A DNA stretch of 64,000 nt from an uncultured Candidatus Saccharibacteria bacterium (lineage in GTDB: Bacteria; Patescibacteriota; WWE3; UBA101185; UBA10185): contig CAZCAQ010000003.1 in the NCBI GenBank assembly GCA_964496905.1, forward strand, positions 1,701 to 65,700, written 5' to 3'. The notes below the pieces were generated by a model. It ran no database searches. It saw only the letters and a list, made by a program, of their open reading frames with translations, and was not told where the DNA came from. This document shows, piece by piece, positions 51,148 to 58,811 of the stretch (its first letter is position 1; every line of letters starts with the position of its first letter). The translations under genes were made by a program, and so were the position numbers.

Positions 51148-51477
51148 TTAGGCTTTTGATTTTTCAAGTTTAGCTATTCGAGCTTCGTGATTACTGACTT
51201 TGTGAGAAAGTAAGGTCTGTTCTTGCCTACTTGTTTTAAGTTCAGTTATAAATGTATCTAGCATGTCATACATTTTAGGAATGATTGTCACTTTTTCCGC
51301 TACTTCTTGTAATTTCTGATCCACCCTTAAAAAATTAAGAGCAGTCTCGCCCTTAAATGCGCGTAATTCTTGTGTAAGATCTACTATTGATTTTTCACAT
51401 CCTCCTACTCTTTGTGAGAGATCTAATATAGATCTTTCACACCCTTCTAGTCTTTTTGTGAAATTCAATTGCTTCAT
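51148..51477 (-). CDS. Small coiled-coil protein with internal tandem 14-aa repeat (GCE[RK]SI[LV]DL[ST]Q)
   Basis: 109-aa ORF. The DNA shows two about 42-bp tandem repeat units at about 51380-51463. Confidence 0.4.
   Translation of the reverse strand: MKQLNFTKRLEGCERSILDLSQRVGGCEKSIVDLTQELRAFKGETALNFLRVDQKLQEVAEKVTIIPKMYDMLDTFITELKTSRQEQTLLSHKVSNHEARIAKLEKSKA
51378..51463. repeat. Two tandem about 42-bp imperfect repeats (about 80% identical) inside the small coiled-coil gene
   Basis: atctactattgatttttcacatcctcctactctttgtgag versus atctaatatagatctttcacacccttctagtctttttgtg. Confidence 0.5.
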
Positions 51478-51555
51478 TTAGTTGTTTGTACCATTGTTAA
51501 AAACAACTATCAATATGCCATAGTATGCAAAACTCTATTTTAAATAGACATTGCT

Positions 51556-52770
51556 TTAGTACCGCAAAAAACTGCTGATTTTTCCTCTGGTGCGATCTGC
51601 GCGTAATGTATCGGCGGTTATAACAGTAAATTCCCCAAAAGCATCATTAATTGAGTCTTTAGTTTTAATAATTTTCTCAGTTTTAACATGGTCCGAAAAC
51701 AAATCCAAAGTACGTCCTTTATTTTCCACAAGGTTTGAAATGGAAATACCTACAAGGCGTGTTTCTTTGTTCCACCGCATTTGCTTTATTAGATCGCATC
51801 CTGCTTCGTAAATTTCGGTTTCGCTGTCGGTTGGAAGAAGAAGGGTAGTCCGGTTGCCCGACCAAGCTCTATTGGAATCTCGCAGGCTTACATGGATCGT
51901 TTTCCCCTTCATTTCATAGCGACGCATGCGGCGCGCTGCCATTTCGCACAATCTATGTAGGTTTTTTTTAATTACGCGAGGATCTTTTGTATTTTGAGAC
52001 AGTGTATGCTGATGGCCTATGGATTTTGGTTTTTCGCGTTTGTAGTTTAGTCCGCTTACTGCAATATCTCCTTTGCCAAAACTGGCTTTTTTTAAAAATC
52101 CGCTTTCGGCTATGCCAAATTCTAGATATAGGTTTTCTATAGGAGTTTTTTGCAAGTCTTCGACGGTAAAAACTCCTAGTTTATTGAGGCGGGCTTCAAT
52201 GCGTGGCCCAATTCCGCAAAAATCTCGCAACTTAGTTTTATAAAGTACTTCGGTCAAATTATCTTTATCCACCAAGCACATTCCATTTGGCTTATTTATG
52301 TCTGAAGCAAGCTTTGCCAAAAGCTTGTTAAAGCTAATACCAATAGAACAGGTAATCCACGGGCCAAAAGCGTGGTAAAAATCATTTTTAATAAGGCCTG
52401 CCAAGTTTATAGGATTACTAAAAAATTTGAGAGTATCAGTTACATCAATAAAAGCTTCGTCAATGCTAAAAGGCTCAATTTGATCGGTGTATTTTTGGTA
52501 AATTTGTAGGGTTTGCGCCTGTATATACGAATATTTTGACGCATCTCCCTTAACGGGAATGATTTGCGGGCATATTTTGCGCGCTTCGAACAAAGGCATG
52601 CCTGTTTTTACGCCAAACTTTTTGGCTTCGCGTGAAGCGGCGCAAACCACACCGCGTGATAGTGAGCTTCCCGTTACGCCAATAGGTTTTCCCCGCAAAA
52701 AAGGGTTGGCCTGTTGTTCCACCGAAGCAAAAAAACTGTCAAAATCAATGTGAAAGATAGTTTTTTGCAT
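51556..52770 (-). CDS. dinB: DNA polymerase IV (Y-family translesion polymerase)
   Basis: N-terminus IFHIDFDSFFASVEQQANPFLRGKPIGVTG...SRGVVCAASREAKKFGVKTGMPL. 404 aa. Confidence 0.85.
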   Translation of the reverse strand: MQKTIFHIDFDSFFASVEQQANPFLRGKPIGVTGSSLSRGVVCAASREAKKFGVKTGMPLFEARKICPQIIPVKGDASKYSYIQAQTLQIYQKYTDQIEPFSIDEAFIDVTDTLKFFSNPINLAGLIKNDFYHAFGPWITCSIGISFNKLLAKLASDINKPNGMCLVDKDNLTEVLYKTKLRDFCGIGPRIEARLNKLGVFTVEDLQKTPIENLYLEFGIAESGFLKKASFGKGDIAVSGLNYKREKPKSIGHQHTLSQNTKDPRVIKKNLHRLCEMAARRMRRYEMKGKTIHVSLRDSNRAWSGNRTTLLLPTDSETEIYEAGCDLIKQMRWNKETRLVGISISNLVENKGRTLDLFSDHVKTEKIIKTKDSINDAFGEFTVITADTLRADRTRGKISSFLRY

Positions 52771-53050
52771 TTTTTGGCTCGTTTAGGCTTTTATCCTTTC
52801 TAAAGCCTTCAAAGAAAATTTCGTCCAATTGCCAAGTAAGGTCTTGAGTATTAAAAGTTATGTTAAATGCTTCTTTTTCAGTGGAAACGGCAAAATGCAC
52901 CATTTGGGCCTTTCCTTGGTGAGAGATGTGCGTAAAGTTAACTTCGCTTATTTTGAATTTTTTGCCTCGCCAAGTGATTAAAAGGGGAATAGGGCGTCTA
53001 GCCGTAAAGTGAACTATGGCTTCGATTTGTTCGTTAATCTTTTCAAACAC
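52745..53050 (-). CDS. Small protein (101 aa) overlapping and presumably co-transcribed with dinB
   Basis: 26-bp overlap with the dinB start on the same strand. The position matches YolD/UmuD-like accessory genes of Y-family polymerase operons, but the sequence is not diagnostic. Confidence 0.4.
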   Translation of the reverse strand: MFEKINEQIEAIVHFTARRPIPLLITWRGKKFKISEVNFTHISHQGKAQMVHFAVSTEKEAFNITFNTQDLTWQLDEIFFEGFRKDKSLNEPKNAKNYLSH

Positions 53051-53083
53051 CCCTTATATATAGCCGAAGTAAACCCGAAAGTC

Positions 53084-53109
53084 AATCGGATTTCAGCGTG
53101 AAATCGATT
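53084..53109. promoter_or_regulatory. Inverted repeat AATCGGATTTCA-gcg-TGAAATCGATT, candidate operator upstream of the small-ORF/dinB operon
   Basis: 7-bp perfect arms (GATTTCA/TGAAATC, 3-bp spacer) extendable to about 11 bp, lying 35-60 bp upstream of the 53050 start codon. Confidence 0.35.
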
Positions 53110-53155
53110 TTTCTGTTAATAATTCTAGTGTGTCAGAAATATTTGACCGATGGTT

Positions 53156-53211
53156 AAAAAAGGGAAGGTAAGTTGTAGTGTCTCCTTAAAGAAAACCTTA
53201 CAGCTTACCTT
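53156..53211 (-). terminator. Rho-independent terminator for the 86-aa minus-strand ORF
   Basis: On the minus strand an 11-bp stem (AAGGUAAGCUG/CAACUUACCUU, one G-U pair) is followed by CCC and UUUUUU. It begins 18 nt after the stop codon at 53229. Confidence 0.5.
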
Positions 53212-53228
53212 TGGATTCAGTTGCCGAC

Positions 53229-53489
53229 CTATTTGAGTTTCTTCACCCGCGCCTTAAACTGTCTCTTCTCTGGGTCGAATACGAAATCGTATAGTACATC
53301 GCCGCCAGATCCTGAAACACTAAATGTCGCATACGGCACGTCTGGTGGAGTTTTTGCTACTAACGCATTTAGGGTTGCTAGTTGTTTCGCAACCGCCGGT
53401 TCAATTTGCTCAACTTGTGACATTACCCACTCCTCTAGAAAAAATCTCACTATTTCGCATAGTGGCGACTCGTAGAATAGTTGTAACAT
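53229..53489 (-). CDS. Hypothetical small protein (86 aa, or 64 aa from the internal Met)
   Basis: ORF with a downstream intrinsic terminator. Divergent from glyQS. An equally long ORF is mirrored on the plus strand, so the strand assignment rests on the terminator. Confidence 0.35.
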   Translation of the reverse strand: MLQLFYESPLCEIVRFFLEEWVMSQVEQIEPAVAKQLATLNALVAKTPPDVPYATFSVSGSGGDVLYDFVFDPEKRQFKARVKKLK

Positions 53490-53555
53490 AACACTGCACG
53501 TTCTGCAGAGTCAATAGTAGTTTATCTAACCGCGCTGAGTATTCTTTACACTATG

Positions 53556-53583
53556 TTGACAAAATCCCCCTCTAAACTACAAT
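53556..53583 (+). promoter_or_regulatory. Sigma70-like promoter (TTGACA-N16-TACAAT) for glyQS, predicting a leaderless or near-leaderless mRNA
   Basis: The -10 element ends 9 nt before the glyQS ATG. Confidence 0.4.
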
Positions 53584-53592
53584 GAAAAAGCT

Positions 53593-54996
53593 ATGGATAG
53601 CCAAAAAGACGCTGAAACCATTCAAAAAGTACCAACCCTACAAGACATAGTTTCTTTATGCAAAAGACGAGGGTTTATTTTTCAAAGCTCCGAGATTTAC
53701 GGCGGTCTTGTTAGCACTTATGATTACGGTCCACTTGGGGTAGAACTACTCCGCAATATAACCAATTCTTGGTGGAAAAACTTTGTAACAAATCGCTCTG
53801 ACATGGTAGGGCTTGATACCGCGATCTTTATGTCACCCAAGGTTTGGGAGGCTTCTGGGCATACTCAGAGCTTTGCAGACATAATGATTGACTGTAAAGA
53901 CTGCCAGCTAAGAACCCGTGTTGACCACTTAATTGAGGACTTTTTAGAAAATGCACAAAAAGCGGAAAAAGTTGAAGGGCGCAGCATTGAGGAGCTTTCA
54001 TCCATTATTGAACAAGAACACATTAAATGTCCAAATTGTGGAAAGTTCAATTGGACAGAACCCCGCAAGTTTAATCAGCTTTTTGAAACAAAAATAGGTA
54101 TTTTGGAAAGTTCAGGCGAAAAAACCTATTTACGTGGAGAAATAGCTCAAGGAATGTTTGTAAACTTTAAAAATGTACTAGAAACTATGCGTCCAAAACT
54201 TCCATTTGGTATTGCTCAGTCTGGAAAGGCTTTCCGCAACGAAATAACGTTAGGTAACTTTATTTTCCGCAACTTAGAATTTAATTTGGCTGAGTTTGAA
54301 TACTTTTTTAACCAAGAAACGCAAAATTGGGAAGAACTGTTTGATTATTGGAAAGCCGAAATGTATAAGTGGATTACATCTCTAGGAATTAATCAAGAAA
54401 AACTACGTTGGCGCTTACACACGGACGAAGAGCGCTCTTTTTATTCAACCAAAACCGAAGATCTTGATTTTGAGTTTCCATTTGGCTCTAAAGAAATGTT
54501 TGGGTTAGCTTATCGCACTGACTACGACCTAAAAAATCACATGGAAAAATCAGGCCAAGATATGCGTTACATGGATCCAAATACTGGTGAAAAATACATT
54601 CCATATGTAATCGAGCCTACCTTTGGTATAAATCGCGTCTTTTTAGCGTTACTTTGTAATGGTTATACAATGGATGGAGAACGACTGGTCTTAAAGCTAC
54701 ATCCATCGGTTGCACCTTACAGAGCTGCAGTTTTTCCACTCGTAAAGAATAAGCCAGAATTAGTAGAAAAAGCACGTGGGATTTACGAAGAGCTGCGTGA
54801 AAACTTTTCTGTGGATTGGGATGACCGTGGAAACATTGGGAAGCGATACCTTTCTCAGGATGAAATTGGAACCCCATATTGTATAACTGTTGATTATCAA
54901 ACTTTAGAAGACGAAACAGTTACAGTTCGCGATCGTGATACAACTCACCAAGACCGTATTAAAATTGCCGACCTCAAGAATTTTATTCTTAGGTAA
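53593..54996 (+). CDS. glyQS: Glycine--tRNA ligase, homodimeric alpha2 type
   Basis: FQSSEIYGGLVSTYDYGPLGVELLRNI, class II synthetase motifs. 467 aa. Confidence 0.85.
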   Translation: MDSQKDAETIQKVPTLQDIVSLCKRRGFIFQSSEIYGGLVSTYDYGPLGVELLRNITNSWWKNFVTNRSDMVGLDTAIFMSPKVWEASGHTQSFADIMIDCKDCQLRTRVDHLIEDFLENAQKAEKVEGRSIEELSSIIEQEHIKCPNCGKFNWTEPRKFNQLFETKIGILESSGEKTYLRGEIAQGMFVNFKNVLETMRPKLPFGIAQSGKAFRNEITLGNFIFRNLEFNLAEFEYFFNQETQNWEELFDYWKAEMYKWITSLGINQEKLRWRLHTDEERSFYSTKTEDLDFEFPFGSKEMFGLAYRTDYDLKNHMEKSGQDMRYMDPNTGEKYIPYVIEPTFGINRVFLALLCNGYTMDGERLVLKLHPSVAPYRAAVFPLVKNKPELVEKARGIYEELRENFSVDWDDRGNIGKRYLSQDEIGTPYCITVDYQTLEDETVTVRDRDTTHQDRIKIADLKNFILR

Positions 54997-55016
54997 TTAA
55001 ACCTTGGAGACAATCC

Positions 55017-56402
55017 ATGCAAAGTATCGTCGCTCAAGCGCAAGAATTTTCTAAAACTTATCACAAAAAAACCACTAGACTTAATGGTGAAAATTATTAT
55101 GTTCACTGCAAACATGTTGCAGAGATTCTAGAATCTCAAAGGCTGGTTAATGAAAATATTTTAGCTGCAGCTTATTTGCATGAAGCCGTAAAAGATAATC
55201 CTAAAATTTTGGATGAAATAAGCAAGCAGTTTAATAAAAACGTTTTTGATATTTTGCGTGTATATAATGAAATTTCCGACAAGCATTTGCGTATTCAAGA
55301 GGCTGATCCGCATCAAGTGGAAAATACAATTAAAACGTTGTTAAATTTATCTTTAAATACTTCAGTACTATCTTTGCGTTTAGCTGATAAAGTAGAAAAC
55401 CTTAGAACTTCTGGTGTTTTTACTACTGATGAGCGGAAATCCATTGCTCTGCGTGCTACATTACTTTATGCGCCATTATCGCGTTTTTTAAATTTAGGTA
55501 AGTTTGTCAGAGATTTGGACGATACAAGTTTTAAGATTTTGTCACCTCAGCAATATGCGCAGCTAAATACTAAACTTATTGAACTTGAACAAGATGTTAA
55601 AGCCTTTTTTGAAGAGGCAAATGTGTTTTTAAAAGAAATTTTGGTAGAACAAGGTGTATCTGCAGATATTCATTACCGTATGAAAGGTATTTACTCAACT
55701 TTTAAAAAGCTTAAAAAGTATGACGCATCTTATGAGCACGCTTTTAAAAGCATTCCTGATGTTGTAGCATTTAGAGTCTTGGTGAATGATGTGGAACACT
55801 GCTACAAAGTCTTGGAAACTCTTAACTCTATTTGGGATCTAAATGAACATCACTTTTCAGATTGGATTAGCAATCCAAAACCAAATGGGTATAAATCAAT
55901 CCACGCAGTTTATAACGTTACCGAAAAATTTTTGGCTGAATTTCAAATAAAAACTCACGAAATGCACGACTTTAACGAATTTGGAGGCGCTTCGCACGCA
56001 ATTTATAAATTAGGTGACAATTTTAAAAAACTGCTTGATGAAGATCCAACAATTTTAGAAAAACTATCTGCCAAAGACGCCATAGCTAATTTAGCCGACT
56101 TTAGTTCCAAGCCAATTGGAAAAAAGATTTATGTCTTTACTCCAAAACAAGACATTATTGAGCTTCCCCTTGGTGCCACTGTTATTGATTTTGCTTATGC
56201 GGTACACGAACATGTTGGAAGAGATTTTGTTGGCGCGCAGGTAAATGGTTCTATTGCTCGAGCAAATACTGTTTTAAATGATGGAGATTCTATTGAGATT
56301 AAGTTTTCCAAAAAGCCAAAGTTACCCAGCAGGGATTGGCTGGATTTTGTCGTTACGCCCAAGGCGAAAGGGTATATTAAGAAGGAATTACGGCTGAAGT
56401 AG
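55017..56402 (+). CDS. Short RelA/SpoT-family (p)ppGpp synthetase/hydrolase (HD + synthetase + TGS; no ACT domain)
   Basis: HD region YYVHCKHVAEIL. Synthetase region AFRVLVNDVEHCY...NGYKSIHAVY. TGS KIYVFTPKQDIIELPLGATVIDFAYAVH. Confidence 0.8.
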   Translation: MQSIVAQAQEFSKTYHKKTTRLNGENYYVHCKHVAEILESQRLVNENILAAAYLHEAVKDNPKILDEISKQFNKNVFDILRVYNEISDKHLRIQEADPHQVENTIKTLLNLSLNTSVLSLRLADKVENLRTSGVFTTDERKSIALRATLLYAPLSRFLNLGKFVRDLDDTSFKILSPQQYAQLNTKLIELEQDVKAFFEEANVFLKEILVEQGVSADIHYRMKGIYSTFKKLKKYDASYEHAFKSIPDVVAFRVLVNDVEHCYKVLETLNSIWDLNEHHFSDWISNPKPNGYKSIHAVYNVTEKFLAEFQIKTHEMHDFNEFGGASHAIYKLGDNFKKLLDEDPTILEKLSAKDAIANLADFSSKPIGKKIYVFTPKQDIIELPLGATVIDFAYAVHEHVGRDFVGAQVNGSIARANTVLNDGDSIEIKFSKKPKLPSRDWLDFVVTPKAKGYIKKELRLK

Positions 56403-56408
56403 TGGTTT

Positions 56409-56437
56409 TTGACTCAATCAGTGGCCTATAGTATAAT
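56409..56437 (+). promoter_or_regulatory. Near-consensus sigma70 promoter TTGACT-N17-TATAAT
   Basis: Perfect -10 element, 5/6 -35 match, 17-bp spacer. A strong SD (AAGGAGG) lies 5 nt before the 56473 ATG. Confidence 0.5.
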
Positions 56438-56472
56438 TAACGCATTGAAATCTTAAGGCCAAGGAGGAAACA

Positions 56473-56880
56473 ATGGCCACCTTTGTGTTTGTGGTTTTAT
56501 TTGGGGTTTTGTCCAGTTGCGGATCCGTTGCTGCGCAAGCTGTACCGACCGTGCAACCAATACAGCCTGTGTTTGATCCAACACCGACCCCTGCCCCTCC
56601 CGACGGTGGTGTATACATAGTCAGTGGCGATGTGTTTTCAATTGGTTTTGGTCCTTATACGTATAGTTCTTTGTATTGGGAGCAGGACGGAACCAACCCT
56701 GGTGTATACGGTAGTGCTAACTTGGTTACAATACCCTGTGGTGAATACTTTGGCGTATTTGTGGTAGGTACTTATGGTAGCCGAGCAACTTGTGCCGAGG
56801 CTATAGTACGGGTTTATTCAGAAAGTGGCATGGTTTATGCAGTACGGAATAAATCATTAAATGTTACTATTCTGAAGTGA
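56473..56880 (+). CDS. Small secreted/lipoprotein-like Cys-containing protein (135 aa)
   Basis: Signal peptide MATFVFVVLFGVLSSCGSVAAQA (lipobox-like LSSC or an AQA cleavage site). Pro/Thr linker. Two Cys in the mature part. GC content visibly higher than the surrounding genes. Confidence 0.55.
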   Translation: MATFVFVVLFGVLSSCGSVAAQAVPTVQPIQPVFDPTPTPAPPDGGVYIVSGDVFSIGFGPYTYSSLYWEQDGTNPGVYGSANLVTIPCGEYFGVFVVGTYGSRATCAEAIVRVYSESGMVYAVRNKSLNVTILK

Positions 56881-56899
56881 CCTGTTCAGCTCTTAGTTT

Positions 56900-56922
56900 C
56901 GTTCTCGACATATGTCGAACGA
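56900..56922. promoter_or_regulatory. 14-bp perfect palindrome TCGACATATGTCGA (with flanking CGTTC/GAACG), candidate protein-binding site or weak hairpin
   Basis: Located 25 nt after the stop of the small secreted-protein gene. No U-tract follows. Confidence 0.3.
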
Positions 56923-57063
56923 TCCTTTGAGCTTGACCCAAAAATATAATCTCTATGTTTTTAGGCCAGGCTCAAAAAACACTCTTCCATTTTTTATTTA
57001 GCATCAAATTTCCCTTTGCATTCAACCTTTCGGGTATTATTTGTGTTGACGTCAGTCCATAAA

Positions 57064-57098
57064 TGGTGTTTTATGGTAGGTAATGGTGAAGATTGGTG
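57064..57098 (+). promoter_or_regulatory. Four direct repeats of TGGT(G/A) at exact 10-bp periodicity, candidate MraZ operator overlapping the mraZ promoter
   Basis: aATGGTGtttt-ATGGTAggta-ATGGTGaaga-TTGGTGaaat. A putative -35 TTGACG lies at 57046 and the -10 TTTTAT at 57069. The geometry matches the repeated TGGGN-type boxes bound by MraZ in E. coli. Confidence 0.5.
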
Positions 57099-57144
57099 AA
57101 ATCCCAAGTTACATTACACTGCCTTGTCTCAGAAGCATATGAAA

Positions 57145-57558
57145 ATGTTTCTGGGGGAATATTTTCCCAATGTTACAAACGGATCTCGCCTAGCTTTACC
57201 AAAAAAACTTCGTGATCAAATTACGGGAGATGAAGTAATTTTATCCCGTGGCTTTGAAAAGTGCATTTTTTTGTACGACCGCTCAGATTGGATGAGTGAA
57301 GCGGTCAAGCAGGTTGATAATCCAATAAGCGATCCAAAAACCAGAGAACTAAAGCGTTACATGTATTCGGCAGCTGCGGAATCTAATATTGACTCGCAAG
57401 GTCGAATTGTTATTCCGACAAGTTTAAAAGATTACGCGCACATTGATTCAAAAGTTTGCGTAATTGGCGCAGGCGATCACGTTGAAATCTGGGATCTAGA
57501 TGCTTGGAACACCCACCTACAAAAACTATCTGAAAGTTTTGCCCAGTCAGGGGAATAA
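57145..57558 (+). CDS. mraZ: Transcriptional regulator MraZ
   Basis: MFLGEYFPNVTNGSRLALPKKLRDQ matches the MraZ N-terminus (the B. subtilis protein begins MFMGEY). The ORF track begins at an upstream TTG (57124); ATG codons lie at 57139 and 57145. Confidence 0.8.
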   Translation: MFLGEYFPNVTNGSRLALPKKLRDQITGDEVILSRGFEKCIFLYDRSDWMSEAVKQVDNPISDPKTRELKRYMYSAAAESNIDSQGRIVIPTSLKDYAHIDSKVCVIGAGDHVEIWDLDAWNTHLQKLSESFAQSGE

Positions 57559-58466
57559 TGCAGTATCACGAACCAGTTCTGTTAAATGAGGTTTTAGACT
57601 TTTTGCACGTTGAAAACGGAAAAAAATATATTGACGCAACTTTAGGCGATGGCGGACACACCTTAGAAATTCTAAAAAGAGGCGGAAAAGTTTTGGGCAT
57701 TGATTACAGCCAAGTTAGCCTAGAAAACGCTACAAAGCGAATAAAGGCCGAAAAACTTGAAGAAAACTTTATACCTGCCTTTGGAAATTTTGATCAAATT
57801 TACGAAATTGCTCAAAAAAACGATTTTGCCGACATTAGCGGGATTTTATTCGATTTAGGCTACAGTTCAACTCAACTTGAAAACGAGCACGGAATGAGTT
57901 TTTTAAACGACGAACCGCTCGACATGAGAATTGATAAAAACCTTGGAGTCACAGCAGCAGACCTAGTAAATGCGCTTTCGGAAAAAGAGCTTGAAAAGTT
58001 ACTTCGCGACTATGGCGACGAAAGAATGGCAAAAAAGTTTGCGCACGAAATAGTTAATTACCGTAAGTTAAAGAAAATTGAAACCACAAAGTGTCTTGCA
58101 GACATCATAAAGGCTTCAGCTCCTTTAAGTTATGATAATTCGCGGATTCACCCTGCAACTCGCAGCTTTATGGCGCTACGAATTGCCGTTAATAACGAAC
58201 TTGAAAACCTGAGAAATGCACTGCCTCTGGCTGCACAGCTGCTAGTGGAATCTACGCTGCCTGGCGGGCGAATGTTGGTCATAAGCTTTCATTCGCTTGA
58301 GGATTCCATAGTTAAGTCTTTTGGCAGGTCTGTGCAGCCCGAACTAACCGTTTTAACTAAAAAGCCGGTAGTTCCCTCTGAAAAAGAGGTAAGGGCTAAC
58401 AGTCGCGCCAGAAGCGCGAAACTGCGTGTTTTTGAAAAGCAATTAATAGAAACAATTAACAATTAA
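57558..58466 (+). CDS. rsmH: 16S rRNA (cytosine1402-N4)-methyltransferase RsmH (MraW)
   Basis: MQYHEPVLLNEVLDFL...YIDATLGDGGHT. ATAATG overlap with the mraZ stop. Confidence 0.85.
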   Translation: MQYHEPVLLNEVLDFLHVENGKKYIDATLGDGGHTLEILKRGGKVLGIDYSQVSLENATKRIKAEKLEENFIPAFGNFDQIYEIAQKNDFADISGILFDLGYSSTQLENEHGMSFLNDEPLDMRIDKNLGVTAADLVNALSEKELEKLLRDYGDERMAKKFAHEIVNYRKLKKIETTKCLADIIKASAPLSYDNSRIHPATRSFMALRIAVNNELENLRNALPLAAQLLVESTLPGGRMLVISFHSLEDSIVKSFGRSVQPELTVLTKKPVVPSEKEVRANSRARSAKLRVFEKQLIETINN

Positions 58467-58811
58467 ATGAGAAAAACTTACTGCCAACAAAATAATAAGA
58501 CCACAACAACCATAAGATCTACTTGTCCAAAGAGTAAAGCAATTTTTGCGCTGTGTATGTGTGGTTTTATTGCAAGTCTTTTTTCGCAAGTTGTTGTTTC
58601 AAACCAATATGCGGTAAAAGGGGCTCAACTTGAAACATTACTCTCAAAACAAACAGTGCTAGAAAAAGATATTTATGCGCTTGAACTCAAAATTTCACAA
58701 CTTTCATCACTTTCATATGTTGAAGCGCAAGCTAAACGCCAAGGATTTACTCAAGCAGGCAGTGAAGTGGTTTACCTCCAAAATCCTTCGTTTGCACTTA
58801 ATCTTAGATGA
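58467..58811 (+). CDS. ftsL: FtsL/DivIC-like cell-division protein
   Basis: Position between rsmH and ftsI. Single TM helix followed by a coiled coil. Confidence 0.5.
   Translation: MRKTYCQQNNKTTTTIRSTCPKSKAIFALCMCGFIASLFSQVVVSNQYAVKGAQLETLLSKQTVLEKDIYALELKISQLSSLSYVEAQAKRQGFTQAGSEVVYLQNPSFALNLR

Noticed and set aside
53221-53475. Plus-strand 84-aa ORF mirroring the minus-strand 86-aa ORF
   Set aside because: The two ORFs occupy the same DNA. The intrinsic terminator (hairpin plus U-tract) is oriented for the minus-strand transcript, so the minus-strand ORF was kept. Neither is strongly supported as coding.
56898-56925. Possible Gram-positive LexA (Cheo) box because of the CATATG-centred palindrome
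   Set aside because: The arms are TCGA/TCGA with CGTTC...GAACG flanks, not GAAC-N4-GTTC. The site is not upstream of a DNA-damage gene (it lies between a secreted-protein gene and mraZ). Kept only as a generic palindrome.
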